Source: Felis catus (Eukaryota). From it: 64,000 bases of DNA. The notes beneath the pieces were generated by a model. The model was not told the origin of the DNA, made no database searches, and saw nothing but the letters and a program-made list of their open reading frames with translations. The DNA lies in NCBI RefSeq assembly GCF_018350175.1, contig NC_058374.1, positions 131,564,001-131,628,000 of the forward strand, written 5' to 3'. Made by a program: the position numbers and the translations under genes. Below are positions 1-14,539 of the stretch, piece after piece (within the stretch, counting starts at the first letter, position 1; the number at the start of each line of letters is the position of its first letter).

Positions 1-571
1 ATCATTTGATCTCAGTCCACACGGGATTGCAAACGTCTTCCCACCAAGGGAGCAGTGGGCGAGAGGTCAGCTTCCACCGCATGAGGAGGGACCGGGAGAG
101 CTGTCTGTTAGGGCAGGAAAGGGGAAGGCCGGCCAAGCAAGGATCCTGCTGTCAGAATCCCCGGCCACGACCGTCTTGGGACCCACCCCATCCTCGCTTC
201 CGCTCCAGGAACCTGGGAGTCTTTCTGGTTCCTCCCTCACCCCCAACAAACCCTTTAGCAAGCCCTGTGGACTTGTTCTCTTAACTATTTCTCAGGTCTG
301 CTCCCTCTTTCCACTTCCAGGGCCCCGCCTCTTTAGTTCAGTACCCACATAGCTGCGATGGCCCACCCCCCATCCGTTCTGCCCTTGCCTCACCCGTCAC
401 CCATACCGCAGCCTGTGAGAAGCGGTTGGAACCACCTGGCAAAGCTGAAGCTACGCTTTTTGCCAACTCCTTCCTGTTTGCACCAGGACACCTGCTGGAG
501 AAGGCAGCCCGGTCTGGAAAGCAAGAAACCAGAAACCGGAAACGACCCAAATACCCAACCAATACGGAGGT

Positions 572-1640
572 GTATTAGTCTCCTGGGGCTGCCGTAACGA
601 GTGTCTCCAGCTTGGTGGCTTAAAACAACACAACTCATTGCCCCACAGTTCTGGAGGTCGGAAGTCCAGGGGCGCCTGGGTGGCTCAGTCGGTTAAGCAT
701 CCGAGTCCTGATTTCGACTCAGGTCATGATCTCACGGTTCGTGAGATCGAGCACCGAGTGGGGCTCTGTGCTGACAGCGTGGAACCTGGAGCCTCCCTCA
801 GATTCTGTGTCTTCCTCTCTCTCTCTCTGCCCCTCCCCAGCTCATGCTTTGTCTCTCTCGGTCTTTCAAAAATAAACGTTGAAAAAAAAAATCTTTAATG
901 TTTAATAAGTCCAGAATGGGTCTCACTGGGCTTAAAGTCAAGGTGTCAGCGGGTGTGTGTTCCTTCTGGAGGCCCTAAGGGGAGGATCTGGTTTTTGCCT
1001 TTTCCAGCTTCCAGAGACTTCCCGGAACCAAACACTCCAACAGGGGCAGCTCGGGGGACCCCTGGCTCGCAGAAACCCTGTGTTCTGTCAGGATCGGACA
1101 TTTTGGAGATGGGACAGGTGTGGGAGGCTGACAGACCAGGGTTCCTACTGAACCTCTCCCTTTACAAATCGCTAATAATACCCATTATATAGATTTTTGC
1201 TTAAGAGTTCAATATGGGAGCTTATGTATACACCCAGCATCTAATAGATGCTCATCTNNNNNNNNNNNNNNNNNNNNNNNNNNNNNNNNNNNNNNNNNNN
1301 NNNNNNNNNNNNNNNNNNNNNNNNNNNNNNNNNNNNNNNNNNNNNNNNNNNNNNNNNNNNNNNNNNNNNNNNNNNNNNNNNNNNNNNNNNNNNNNCCATC
1401 TTAAAAGCCAGCAATGATGGGTCAAGCCTCTTTCGTGATGCCATGACTCTGGTTCAGGCTCTTCCCCCTCCCACTTCCCCCATTTAAGAGCCCCTGTGAT
1501 GACACTGGACCCCCTGGATAATCCAGGCTAATTCCCATGTCAAGATCAGGAACCTTAATTCCTCCTTGCTACGTAACAGAACACGTACACAGGCTCCAGG
1601 GACTAGGATATGGATGTCTTCAGGAGTCGTTCTATCACAA
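572..1640 (-). mobile_element. MLT1 (MaLR, MLT1D-like) LTR, interrupted by a SINE (669-893), an unrelated segment and a gap
   Basis: Hallmarks TGTATTAGT...GGTGGCTTAAAACAACAC...CAGTTCTGGAGGTC...TTTCCAGCTTC, then CCATCTTAAAAGCCAGC...GGATAATCCAGG...AGGATATGGATGTCTT. Confidence 0.75.
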
Positions 1641-4600
1641 GGAGAACGGAGACAAACTGTGGCCTTTTCCTCTAGTAGAACAGACGAAACAGTCGCCCTG
1701 GGACGGTTGCCCTGGGCAGCGGACCTCACTGAAGACTTCCTTGCCAAAAACCCCCCGACGTGGTCCCGTGAGGTGTCCCCAGGTCCCTTGCAAGGCCTGA
1801 GAGGGATACCAGCAATGTGGGTCAGACGGTTCATTAGTGAGAATACATTTGTGGACTTTGTGACGCTTGTGCGATTTACCAGCTTTAAAAACAAAAATCT
1901 GTAATCTGTTGTGAACTCTCTTCTCCTTCTAAATAAAGTTTTTACCTAATTTTACCTCTTGTAGTATAATTTTATATGCCTTTTAAAAAGTGTATTTACT
2001 TATTTTGAGAGAGAGAGAGAGAGTGAGCATGAGCTGGCGAGGGACAGAGAGAGGGAGAGAATCCCAAGCAGGCTCCCTGCTGACAGCACAGAGCCCGAGG
2101 CGGGGCTCGAATTCATGAGCCGCGAGATCGTGACCTGAGCTGAAGGTGACGCCTAACGGACTGAGCCACCCAGGCGCCCCCCCCCACACTTTATACACTT
2201 CTAAAAGAACCTCCCAGACTGTATAAACCCCAAGCCCTACAAACCCAGAATGTGCTCCAACCACAGCAGCGAAAACTATTTGCACCAACGTGGATGACCT
2301 TCCAACACACACCGAGTGAAAAGAAGCAAGTCACAGAAGACAATACTTGTGTGTCACAGAAGCAAGTCACAGAAGACAACATTTGTCTGTGGCCCGACCC
2401 AGGCAAAAAGTAAAAGTAAAAAAGTAAAAAGAAAAAAAAAAGTAAGCTATATCGTGTACGTGGATGCACACATATATGGGAAAACTATAAAGAGAAAACG
2501 AGAGAATTCTTTTTTTTTCAACGTTTATGTTTATTTTTGGGACAGAGAGAGACAGAGCATGAACGGGGGAGGGGCAGAGAGAGAGGGAGACACAGAATCG
2601 GAAACAGCCTCCAGGCTCTGAGCCATCAGCCCAGAGCCCGACGCGGGGCTCAAACTCCCGGACCGCGAGATCGTGACCTGGCTGAAGTCGGACGCTTCAC
2701 CGACTGCGCCACCCAGGCGCCCCGAGAATTCTTTACATAATTCAGGATAGAGGCCACAGACATGTGATCAAGGAGGAGTACAGAGGGGGCTCCTGAGGGA
2801 CAGGAGACGCGTGGCGTGTGAACCTGAGTGGTGAAACATAGATTTTTGTTCCCGTATTACCTCTAGAATTGCATATATGTCGCATACTCTCTTGCATGAG
2901 CGGTGGTCGTTAGAATTCAAATTTTTGTTTTAAAATAGCTGGAACGGGGCGCCCGGGTGGCTCGGCCAGCTGAGAGCCCGACTCTTGGTTTCAGCTCCGC
3001 TCGTGATCTCACGGTTTGTGGGTTCGAGCCCCGCGTCGGGCTCTGCGCTGACCGCGAGAAGCCTGCTTGGGATCCTCCCTCCCCGTCTCTCTGCCCCTCC
3101 CCTACTCACTCTCCTTGTCTCTGAAAATAGATAAGTAAACTTCAAGAGAAAAACGGAGTAAAAAAAAATGAAATAAAATAGAACGACTGGATTAACTTTT
3201 TAAAACAACTTAAAATTTTAAGCTGGAAGACTCTGCCGTGGCTTCTCGCTTGGAACCGAATCCACGCCCCTTGCTGTGACCCAAAAACGCCACGTGTGTT
3301 CCGGCCTGCTCACCTCTGATGGCATCTCACATCCCCCACGCGGGCACCGTCTCTATCCAGTCGCACAGTCCTCCCCGGCACCTGTTCTGCGTAAACGCGC
3401 CCGTCGCCCCCTTTCACCGGCCCCTGTTTTCCTGCGTGGAGCCTGACCATCCCAATTTGCGATGTTACCGATGCCACTCCCCCTGCCCCCTGCGCCGTCA
3501 CTGGACTCGGAGCCTCAAGAGGCCAAGGGCAGGGTCTGTTCTGGCACCCCCTGGGGCTCCCCGACTCCTGGAGGGTTTTAACTGGTACGGTCTCAGACTC
3601 TGAGCGGCACGAGGCAGAAGAAGTCTCCAGAAGAACAGCAAACAAGGCCCGGAGGGAAGGGGGTGGGGGAGGAGACGGGGTCAGTGGACGGTGGTCCCCT
3701 CACTCAGGAGGGCTGGCCACTACACCCGGGAGGGCAGGGTTCCCGCCTGTCAACAAGGTTCTGGGGGTAATTCTTTGTCTGGGCACCTGCCGGAAATAAG
3801 AGCTGCCCCCTCCCCCCCCCCCCGGTGAGCTAGGTGTCGCTTGGACCTTTTAAACTGAAAACCAACTGACTTTGGGGGGCACCGGAAATCTAACAGGGAC
3901 TTTACAAACGTCCCCCTCCTTCCTGGGGCGCCTGGGTGGCTCAGTCGGTGAAGCGGCCGACTTCGGCTCAGGTCATGATCTCGCGGTCCGTGAGTTCGAG
4001 CCCCGCGTCGGGCTCCGTGCCGACAGCTCGGAGCCTGGAGCCTGTTTCCGATTCTGTGTCTCCGTCTCTCTCTGCCCCTCCCCCACTCACCCTCTGTCTC
4101 TCTCTCTCTCTCCTTCAAAAATAAATAAACATTAAAAACTTTAGAAAAAGAAAAACAACAAATGTCCCCTCCTTCCCTACCAGTCACACCGCTGTTGCGA
4201 TGACCGGACGGCGCCCGCCCTGCCTCTAGCACACGGAATAGCCCTGGAAGGGAGCTGGGACGCACTTGGTGCCACGTAGATGTGGAGGGATGTTGCTCCC
4301 ATCCCCCCATCCTCTGTACCCCATAGGCGCGTGGGTAACTGTGGGGGCCGGGGGGGTGGGGAGACCAATGGCTTCCCAAAGATGTCCAAGGCCTGATCCC
4401 CACCAACCGTGAATGTGTCTATGCTGCGCGCCAATGGGGGATTCAACTGATCTTGAGACGGATATGAGCCCGGATTATCCAGGGGGTCCAATGTCATCAC
4501 AGGGGTTCTTAAATGGGGGAAGAGGGAGGGGGAGGAGTCTGACCCAGAGAGACGGCATCACTCCGTGTTGTTTTAAATCTCCGTGTTTGGGGTACTTTGC

Positions 4601-6025
4601 TGCAGGGAGTTGTCTCACGGGGCCAGGGCTTTGATTTTGCAAGACGCAGGGTTCTGGCGATGGGCTGCACAAGAGCGTGAATATACTTAACACTACTGAA
4701 CTGGAACCCTTAGAAATTATTAAGATGGGAGGGTGCCTGGGTGGCTCAGTCGGTGAAGCGTCCGACCCATGATTTCAGCTCAGGTCATGATCTCGGGGTT
4801 GCGGGATCAACCCCGAGATCCTACTTGGGATTCTCTCTCTCCCTCTGCGCTTCTCCCTGCCTCACCCTCACTCACTCTCTCTCTCTCTCTCGAAACAAAA
4901 ACAAAACAAAAATAATAAAAGCAAAACAAACATGGAAAGAAGGGAGCATCACCTTAAAGGAAGGATTTCTCACCGGAAGATAAATCTGCAGGCCTTTCTC
5001 TCCCCTCATCGTAGGTATAATCGGTTTAAAAGGAAGGGACACACGCATTCATTCGCTCATTCGATGAAATGAAGCGAGGGGTCGCTTACTCAAGGACAAC
5101 GGCGAGAATCTATGACCTTGGTGAGACGGAAGGATGGCCCCCGGTGATGTTAAAGGGACCCCGTCCCCTGAGCCATCAGCCTGGCCCGAGGACCTCATCC
5201 ACTGCGTTTCCTCTTTAAAAAGCAGCGGATGGGGCGCCTGGGTGAAGCGTCCGACTTCGGCTCAGGTCATGATCTCGCGGTCCGTGAGTTCGAGCCCCGC
5301 GTCGGGCTCTGTGCTGACAGCTCCGAGCCTGGAGCCTGTTTCGGATTCTGTGTCTCCCTCTCTCTCTGCCCCACCCCTGCTCACGCTCTGTCTCTCTCTC
5401 AAAAGTAAATACACGTTAAAAAAAAAAAAAGACAATGAATTTTCAGTTAGGCCAGGGCTTGGACACACGAACCCGCGTGTCCTTCCCAGCAGCAAGGCTC
5501 GTCCCAGCTCACCCTGCGTCCGTTAACAACCTCTGAGCATCTCTGGTAAGAAAACTCCTGTATTCAGCATGGGGACCGTCAGAACAAGTGAGGCACGATC
5601 CCCCGCCCTCAGGGAACTCCTGACCTCGCTGATTTCCTCTGACTGCATCGGTGTCTCCACCTCGGCACGATGGACACGTGGGGCCAGATCATTCTTTGCT
5701 GGGGGTGGGGGTGGCTGTGCTGTGTCCCCCCCCCCCCCCCCGCCGGCGTTCCAGCCGCATCCCTGGCTTCTAGCCACGAGATGCCAGTCGCATCCCCACA
5801 CCTGTGGCAATCACAAATGTGTCCCGGCCCCGGGTACCTGGGTGACTCTGTCAGTTAAGCTCCGACTTCGGCTCAGGTCGTGATCTCCTAGTTCATGAGT
5901 TCGCGCCCCGCATCGGGCTCTCTGCTGGCAGCGCAGAGCCTGCTTTGGATCTTCTGTCCCCCCTCTCTCTCTGCCCCCCCCCGCTTCTCTCTCTCTCTCC
6001 AAATAAATAAACTTTAAAAAAATAT
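669..6025. mobile_element. Cluster of Can-SINE (SINEC_Fc-type) copies: about 669-893(+), 1985-2180(-), 2511-2723(-), 2946-3160(+), 3925-4150(+), 4730-4930(+), 5231-5430(+), 5830-6025(+)
   Basis: GGGGCGCCTGGGTGGCTCAGTCGGTTAAG head (tRNA A/B boxes), (CT)n tract and AATAAA/poly-A tail; target-site duplication GAGAATTCTTT around 2511-2723. Confidence 0.9.
1258..1395. other. Assembly gap (138 N)
   Basis: N run. Confidence 1.
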
Positions 6026-6097
6026 TTTTTTAATGTGTCCCAGCATTGCCAAATGTCCTTGGGGAACGCAAAATTGCCCCCACTTGAGAATCACTGA
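5645..6097 (+). mobile_element. MER20-like hAT-Charlie DNA transposon with a SINE inserted (TSD AATGTGTCCC)
   Basis: CCACCTCGGCAC...GGGGCCAGATCATTCTTTG...CATCCCTGGC...GATGCCAGT...CATTGCCAAATGTCC...AAAATTGCCCCCACTTGAGAATCACTG. Confidence 0.7.
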
Positions 6098-6713
6098 GCT
6101 GAGACATGCAGCTCTGGAGACTGGGAAGTCAGGCGAGCCTCCTGGAGGAGGCGCTCCAGGGGCTGCGCCTTGACTCTGGCTGAGATCCCAGAGGAGTGGG
6201 GTCATCATTCCGCCCTGGCGCTCACCCCCACCCCACCCCCAACATTTTTGGCTGGCTCGTCTTCCTCCACCGGATCCTGACATGCTGGGATCTCACCTCC
6301 GTGGCCCCTTCCCCTTCTCTCTCCACCTCTCCCTTGAGAAGGGCGGCACTTTGCTGCAAACCCTTCCAATTCCCCGTCTCCAGCCCCCGTCTCTCTCCAG
6401 AGCCCCTGACTCTTTGTCCAGGTGCCTCTAGACACCTCCACCCGGAGCCCTCCAGGCTCTGCAGGCCCCATGTGGCCAGAGTAGTCCTCTCCCCTCCCCA
6501 GCACAGCCCATATCTTGGCCTCCGTGTGGACACCCTCAGCTTTCTCCCCCTCTGAGACTTGTTGGTGTGATCTCTTAAATGTCACTGAAATCCAGCCCCT
6601 CCCCTCCACCCCCACAAACTGGTGTCACTGCCCTCACACTGGTCTGATAGGAGACTTGCCCTCCAGGCCACCATCACACTGCAGCCGGAGCTCCTTCTAA
6701 AACGCCAACCCTG

Positions 6714-6820
6714 GGGGCGCCTGGCTGGCTCAGCCTGTAGAGCATGCGACTCTTGATCTTGGGGTTATGGGTTCAAGCCCCACGTGGGGTCTAGAGCTCA
6801 CTTAAAAAAATAAAAAAATA
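6714..6820 (+). mobile_element. Short old tRNA-Lys-derived carnivore SINE; similar copies at about 28420-28530, 54860-54950, 56101-56215 and 61511-61610
   Basis: GGCTCAG...GTAGAGCATGCGACTCTTGATCT...GTTCAAGCCCCACG...TAGAG...ACTTAAAAA; degenerate tRNA-Lys(CTT) body with an A-tail. Confidence 0.75.
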
Positions 6821-7379
6821 AATGCCAACCTGATCACGTCACACACACTCCCCTTGCACAAAAACATCCCATGCCCCTTCTGCCCAGCTGCGAGGCCTGG
6901 GTTCCACTCCTTTCCGATCTCTGCCTGAGTCACTCAGTCAACTCCCTTCCGCCTGTAAAGTCACCTACATTCCCATGGCCAGCCTTCACTCCTGCTCTTC
7001 CATCTGACCGCAGGGCCACACCCCCCCACTACCCCCCCCCCACCCCCCAGCCCCCCCCCAAGCCCTGCCTGAGTCCCAGAGAGCTGGAAAGGCTCTTCGA
7101 GACTCTCTGGTCAAACGTCTTCATTCTCCAGACGAGGGTTCCACGAGGGTCTCCGGTTCCATGAGGGCAGATGACGGCCTTTGCTGCCCCGGCTGGTGGC
7201 ACCTGAGAGGTTGGCCTCTCCCCCGCCCCACCGTGACACGCTCTCCTTCCTCACTGGCCTCCAGGACACCCCTCCTCCCCAGATCTGCCTCTTACCTCCC
7301 TGGCTGCTCCTTCTAGGTCCCCGCTGCCGCTGCCGGTGTCTCCTCCTCACTCCCACCTCCCCAGGTCAGTGTCCCCAGG

Positions 7380-8640
7380 GCCAGGCCTTTGTCCTCTTCT
7401 GACGTGCTCTCCCTCTGATCAGCCCACGGCTTGAAACGCCAGCTGCCTGCCCCCAAACGGGCATCTGATATACCTCAGACTCTCTCCCTGAACCACAGAC
7501 TCAGGATTCTCCTACTCACCTGCCTCCTCGGCATCTCCACGCACAGACCTGGGAGGCATCTCAAACCCAACCCACGGCCAGACCCCTCAGACCCGCTCCG
7601 CCTTCGGTCTTCCCTGCCTCAGTTCACCAGAGCTCCGTCTCCCAGTGTTCCAGCCAACGTCCTTGGGGTGCCCCTGCGACCTGATCCCTTCCTATCCCCT
7701 CCACTGCTGCCACCCGGGCCGGAGTACCATTCTCTCTCACCTGGGCTATCTCAACAACCCCCTAGCCCCGCTTCTGTCTTTGCCCTCCGCAGCCTCTTCC
7801 CCGCCCAGCGACCAGAGTTAACCGGGGTTGATTTTTGACTGTGGATCCCAGAATGTCCCTCCTCTGCTCAAAACTCTCCAAGGGCTCCCATCTCATTCGA
7901 GGAAGAGCCAAAGTTCCGTAAAACCCCATCTGGCCTGTGCCTCCTTCACTTCGGCAGCTCTTAGCTTTGTAAAATTCATCTCCTCCTGTTGTCCTCCTCA
8001 ATTCAGCCACCCCGTACACTCCTACCCCAGGGCCCTTGCACTGGCTGTCTCCTTTGCTTAGAAGATTCTTCCTCCAAGAAAAAGAACGGCTCCTTCCGTC
8101 ACCTCCTTTGAATCTTTGCTCACGTGGCGGCTTCTTTTTCTTTTTTTAAAATTTTTTAAATGTTTGGTTATTTTTGAGAGAGACAGCATGAGTGGGGAAG
8201 GGGCAGAGAGAGAGAGAGAGAGAGAGAGAGGAAGACACAGAATCCGAAGCAGGTTCCGGGCTCCGAGCTGTCGGCGCAGAGCCCGACGCGGGGGCTCGAA
8301 CTCACCGACCGTGAGATCATGACCTGAGCCGGAGTCGGACGCTTCACCGACCGAGCCACCCAGGCGCCCCACACGTCGGCTTCTTAATGAGGCTTCCTCT
8401 GACCACCCTGTTGAAAACTGTAAACCACCGCCTCTCAGCACTGCCCATCACCTCCCCCTTACCCTTCTCCAGTTTTGTCTTTGCAATTATGGCCTTCCAA
8501 CACACTGTATAATTGACTTCTTTATTTGGTCTGTTGCTTATCTATCTTTTCAACTAGAATGTCAGCTCCAAAAAGGCAGGAATCGCTTATCTCTCGTTCA
8601 CAGCTGTATCCCACTGCCTACCCCAGTGCCTGGCACTTAT
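7380..8640. mobile_element. L2 LINE remnant with a SINE (8135-8370, -) inserted
   Basis: L2-like pyrimidine-rich text (CATCTCAAAC..., CCTCTGCTCAAAACTCTCC..., GGGCCCTTGCACTGGCTGT..., CTAGAATGTCAGCTCC...GGCAGG...CAGTGCCTGGCAC). Confidence 0.6.
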
Positions 8641-9039
8641 CTGGGCTTCAAAGCCCAGAATGAGACCGCAGGTGGCGCAGTGGGAGTCACTGGCTTGGGA
8701 ATGTCACCCTGCCACCCTCCTTCAGGCTGACCCACCTTGGACAAGCCGTTCAGCCATTCTAGACCACCCCTCTGGAAAACGGAGACGTTATAGCTGTACC
8801 TAGGGCTTAATAAAGGCTGGCACGTGCAAACACATGAACACTAGGAAACCTTGACCCCTGGCGTTCTAATGCAATCTACACTTTTCCATACGGGATTTCT
8901 CGTTCTTTCCCCCTGGCAAGAGCCCCAGAGGTAGGTAGGACGGATCATCCGCGGCCTTTCACCTTTTTACAGGTGGAAACAATGGCAGGTGGAAAAACAG
9001 CGAGGAGGTCTGGGCAGATGATGTCTGACCCCCTCCCCA

Positions 9040-9800
9040 CGCCGTGGCTGACCGGTGATTCCGATGCTCTAGAGGGTCCCCGGGCGAGGGGAAAGGGGGG
9101 GGGGGTGGGTGACAGAGTGGGGCTCGGCGGGCGCCGGGGGACTACATTTCCCAGGAGGAGTTGCCCGCAGCTCTGTGGCTCCCGGTTTTTTAAAGGGCTC
9201 GCGTTAAAGGGGGGCGGGGGGAGTTCCGCCGCCCGCCGGCCAGAAAACCGCTCTGCTCTGCGCTTGGTAGGGACCCGAGAGCGGCCTGCGGGGGGGGGTG
9301 CCCCGTCGGAGTCAAGAAGCCCCCAGACCCTGCAGTACCAGCCGGGCGAGGTGAGGCCAAGCCAATCTGGAGGCGGCGTTTCCTCATCTTGTCCCCCTCT
9401 GCCTCGGACTCTGCGCCCAACTCCCGGCCCCCTCGCTTCCCTTCCAGTTCTAACTGGGGCGGGGGGGGGGGGGCGGGGGGGGAGGAGGAGGGGGGCGGTG
9501 AACCTCGCAGCCCCGGGGCGGGAACGTGGGCTATCCGCCGGCCCGGCGACGGGAAGCCCGGGCGACTCCGAGGTGACCCTTCTCTCCATTTGTGGCTTCG
9601 GTTCCGGGAGAGAATTTACAGGTCTCTGGGATGGGCAGAGGATGTGGGATGTGAGAGCCACAAAATGAAGGGGAGGCCTGGGGGCCCCGGGAGCTGAGCC
9701 TCACAGTGCACCCCCATATCCGCCCTTCCGAATCCGGCGGTCTCCGCGGTAAAATGGGAGTAGTCGGGGGGGGGGGGGGGGGGGGGGGGGGAGTGATCAC
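9040..9800. promoter_or_regulatory. CpG-rich promoter/enhancer-like island upstream of H1-0 with a ZNF143/THAP11-type ACTACA motif
   Basis: High CpG density; ACTACATTTCCCAG at 9141-9154; CCAAT at about 9362; several GC boxes and G-runs. Confidence 0.65.
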
Positions 9801-11299
9801 GTTGGCCGCCTCCCCAGGCTGGAGGCTCAAAGGATCAAGAAACCAGAGCAAGCACTTTGCAAACTGTAAGGCGCTGTGTAAATAAAATTGTTTCATCATC
9901 GTGCCAAAGGATGCAGCTAGTCCTTATTCTAAGACGCCGAGGGACGTGGCCAGGGGGTGGGGGCGGGGGGGGGGGGGCGTGCAACATCTCGTACCCGGGC
10001 TTGGTTATTTGATTTGCCTATTTCCCCGTCCAGACCATAGTGGGAACCAGGAGAATTGTCTTTGTAAATAACCAAAACGAACCCACCACAATGTTGTGTT
10101 TTCAAATCAGGAAACTTCGGCGGTAATTGACATCATCCAAATAAGAACCTTGACCTTTTGAACTAACCTGGCCCTTGGTGGCTTCCTTCCCCTGCCTGTG
10201 CCACCAAGATAAACCCGGGAGAAGGCATCTGATACGGAGTCTCAGGCCTCCCTCTCCCGCCCCCCAATCATTTGGATTAATCCATCCCGTGGTGTATGTG
10301 GGGGAAACCTATTAATTTCCCTGGCCTCAGAGACTCCCCAGGTCCAGTAAGAGCCCTTCCCCCCCAAGAGCAGCTACGAGCCCCCCCATCCCCCATCTAA
10401 ATACTCCAATCATTCCCCTCTCCCCTCCCCAACAGCCAGTGCCTGCAAACAGCTCCCGACCATACCAGAGGCACGTTCATCATTTTGACCAGCTATAAAC
10501 CCCCCACTCCCAGGGCATTGTTTACGTGAAGAGTGCCCGGCCTCTTTGCTTAGGGAATAAAAGCGGGTTTGTTGTGGGTGGGGGCTCAGGGAGAGAGCAT
10601 CCCAGAATCTCAACCCAGGGCCCCTGCCAAGCGGGCCCTGCACGTGATTAGGATGTGTGTCATAGACAAGGGGTCCCAGGAACTCTGGCGTCCCTTCTGC
10701 TGGCCTCTGGGCCCCTAAAGCCCCTCAGAGCCCCTCAAGACTCCCTTCAGACGGTGACGCCCCCTTTCGCTTCATCTATACCTGCCGAGCAGCACGGAAA
10801 AGATGTATACATTTTAACAAAGACCTCGCATCCTCCCGGCAAAATGGCGGTGGCCCCGGCCACCGCTCCCCGAACAACTGCACACTTGCTGAGGATTCTT
10901 CGGGACCCCAGGAACATGACCCCTTCCTCCCCCTCTCCCCCAGAGTCCCCATTCTCGCAAGTTCCCAAAGCGCTCAGCGCCTCTCTTCACCCCAGGGGCC
11001 CCGGGGACAGTCTCTTGCTGGAGTCTTTGGGACAGCTCCTCCATTGCAGACCCCCTCCCCACCCCCCACCCCCCACTGCCTTCAAGGGGCCCTGGGAGGG
11101 GGACTGGACCCCCGGATGTGCCTCAGGGGTAGGGACCGCAAGGTTCTGCCTCTGAGACCCCGAAACTCCCAGGCTGAGAGAGGCGTATAAATGAATCCCC
11201 GATTGGGATATACGGGCGATGTGGGGGTCTTTGAGGACAGCAGAAGACTCGGGAGACCTCTCCTCATTCCCTCAGGGGTCCCGGGCAGCACCGGGGGTT

Positions 11300-12925
<1,626 letters not shown>

Positions 12926-14112
12926 CAATGAGGCTTTTCTTGCGGACACTCCTGCCTGTCTCCTGTTTTCTGTAAATACTTTTCTCCTTTCTTTTCTCTT
13001 GATCTTCACCTGCAATCCTTTGCCCCTTTCTATCCTGACTGTGTAAGAGACAGAATTTGGATTCCTCAGACATTAGGGAATAATTCATTTTTCCTTAACC
13101 AATCGTGCAAAGACAGCAACAACAAATCTCTCTGTAATGATGAGAATGTACTTTTGTTCTGTTGACTTGTTATTAATCTACTTAATGGGTTTGGGGATTT
13201 GGATGGGTCTGTGCGTTTTGTTTGGATGGTTTGTTCACTATGAAGGTAGAGGGGCGGGAGAGAATGGGCAAGGCAGCTTGTTCTGACTAGATGAGGGGGA
13301 GCCCAGAAATTGTAAGGTTTGTAGGAGTATCTTTGAGGTGAGCTAGCTTTCTCTAGGTTGCTCACCCCTGTGAAGAGTTTCCGAATCTCGGCGGGGAGAG
13401 GGGAGGGGTGGCAGCAGCTGGATGGCAAGGGCGGGGGGGAACCCTCTCTGGGCTGACTTCCATCTTCCAATAGTGAGCAGTGGGGGGTCCAAATCCAGTT
13501 TCCTTCTCACTGTTGGTCTGCCCCTGTGGCCTTCCTATTGTCCTAGGGAAGGGGGGGGGGGTCCATGTGACAGCTGGTCTGAGAAGCTGTGGCTTCTCTC
13601 AGTCAGCTGGAAACTAGTCATTGGGGGGTCTTTGTGGCTTCAGAAAGTCTCCTGTTAAAATGGAGTGGAAACTTTAGGGGAAGGGTGGGGACTCAGTCAG
13701 CCAAGTGCCTCAGTGTGCCCTGTTAAAACTTGGGTTTTTCCACACAATTGGATTGTATCATAGGACTTTTTTTTTTCTTTTCTTTCCCCCTGGTTTTTGG
13801 TTCCTCCTGTACAAGAGGTGGTTTTGCTTGGTGGCCTGGTGGGGCTCCAACCCTGCCACCCGCCACTTAAAAACCTCCCGACCTCTTTACTTTGGAGTCT
13901 TTTATAAGTAGTTGTAGATGGGGGAGGGGGGGGAGTGGGCGGGGAGTGGACAGTAAGACATACTGCAGTCAATTTTGAATTGCTAAGTAGCTTCACAGAG
14001 CTAGGTCTGTGTGTATGTGTGTATATGTATATATACATATCTAGGGCTAGTACTTAACGTTTCACACCCGGGAGCTGGGAGAAAAAAACCTGTACAGTCT
14101 TCTTTTATTTTT

Positions 14113-14239
14113 AATAAAATAGGAAAACGCGTCCTTGCGCGTGGTCAAACGCCCTCCCCCCCCCACCCCTTTTTTAAACAAGTGTTATTTGTGCCGGGAA
14201 GAATTTGCTGTCTTTGTAATTTTAAAACTTTAAAATAAA
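14113..14239 (+). terminator. H1-0 polyadenylation signals (tandem AATAAA)
   Basis: AATAAA at 14113-14118 and 14234-14239, about 1.2-1.3 kb after the stop; GT/T-rich sequence follows (GTTGGTGCGTTTTT). Confidence 0.8.
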
Positions 14240-14539
14240 ATCGAAAAATGAAAACACCTCGTTGGTGCGTTTTTCCTCCGTTTTAAGGCTGGAGGCGAAT
14301 GAGGAGCAATGGGGCGGGCGAGCAGGGGTGAAATCCGGGGACGTTTGCACCTGAGAATGGGAGAGGGTTCCAAGAGGTCGACAGGGACCGGGGGACTGGG
14401 CTGCAGAGTACAGAGCGTGCCTCAGCCTGCTTCTAGGCTCTTGCCTTTGGGGTCCAGAGTGCACCCCCCTTTCCTTCCGAGCGGTGGGTGTGTAGGCAGG
14501 GAATGGGACTTGGGATTGGGGGGGGGGGGATCTGGTGGG

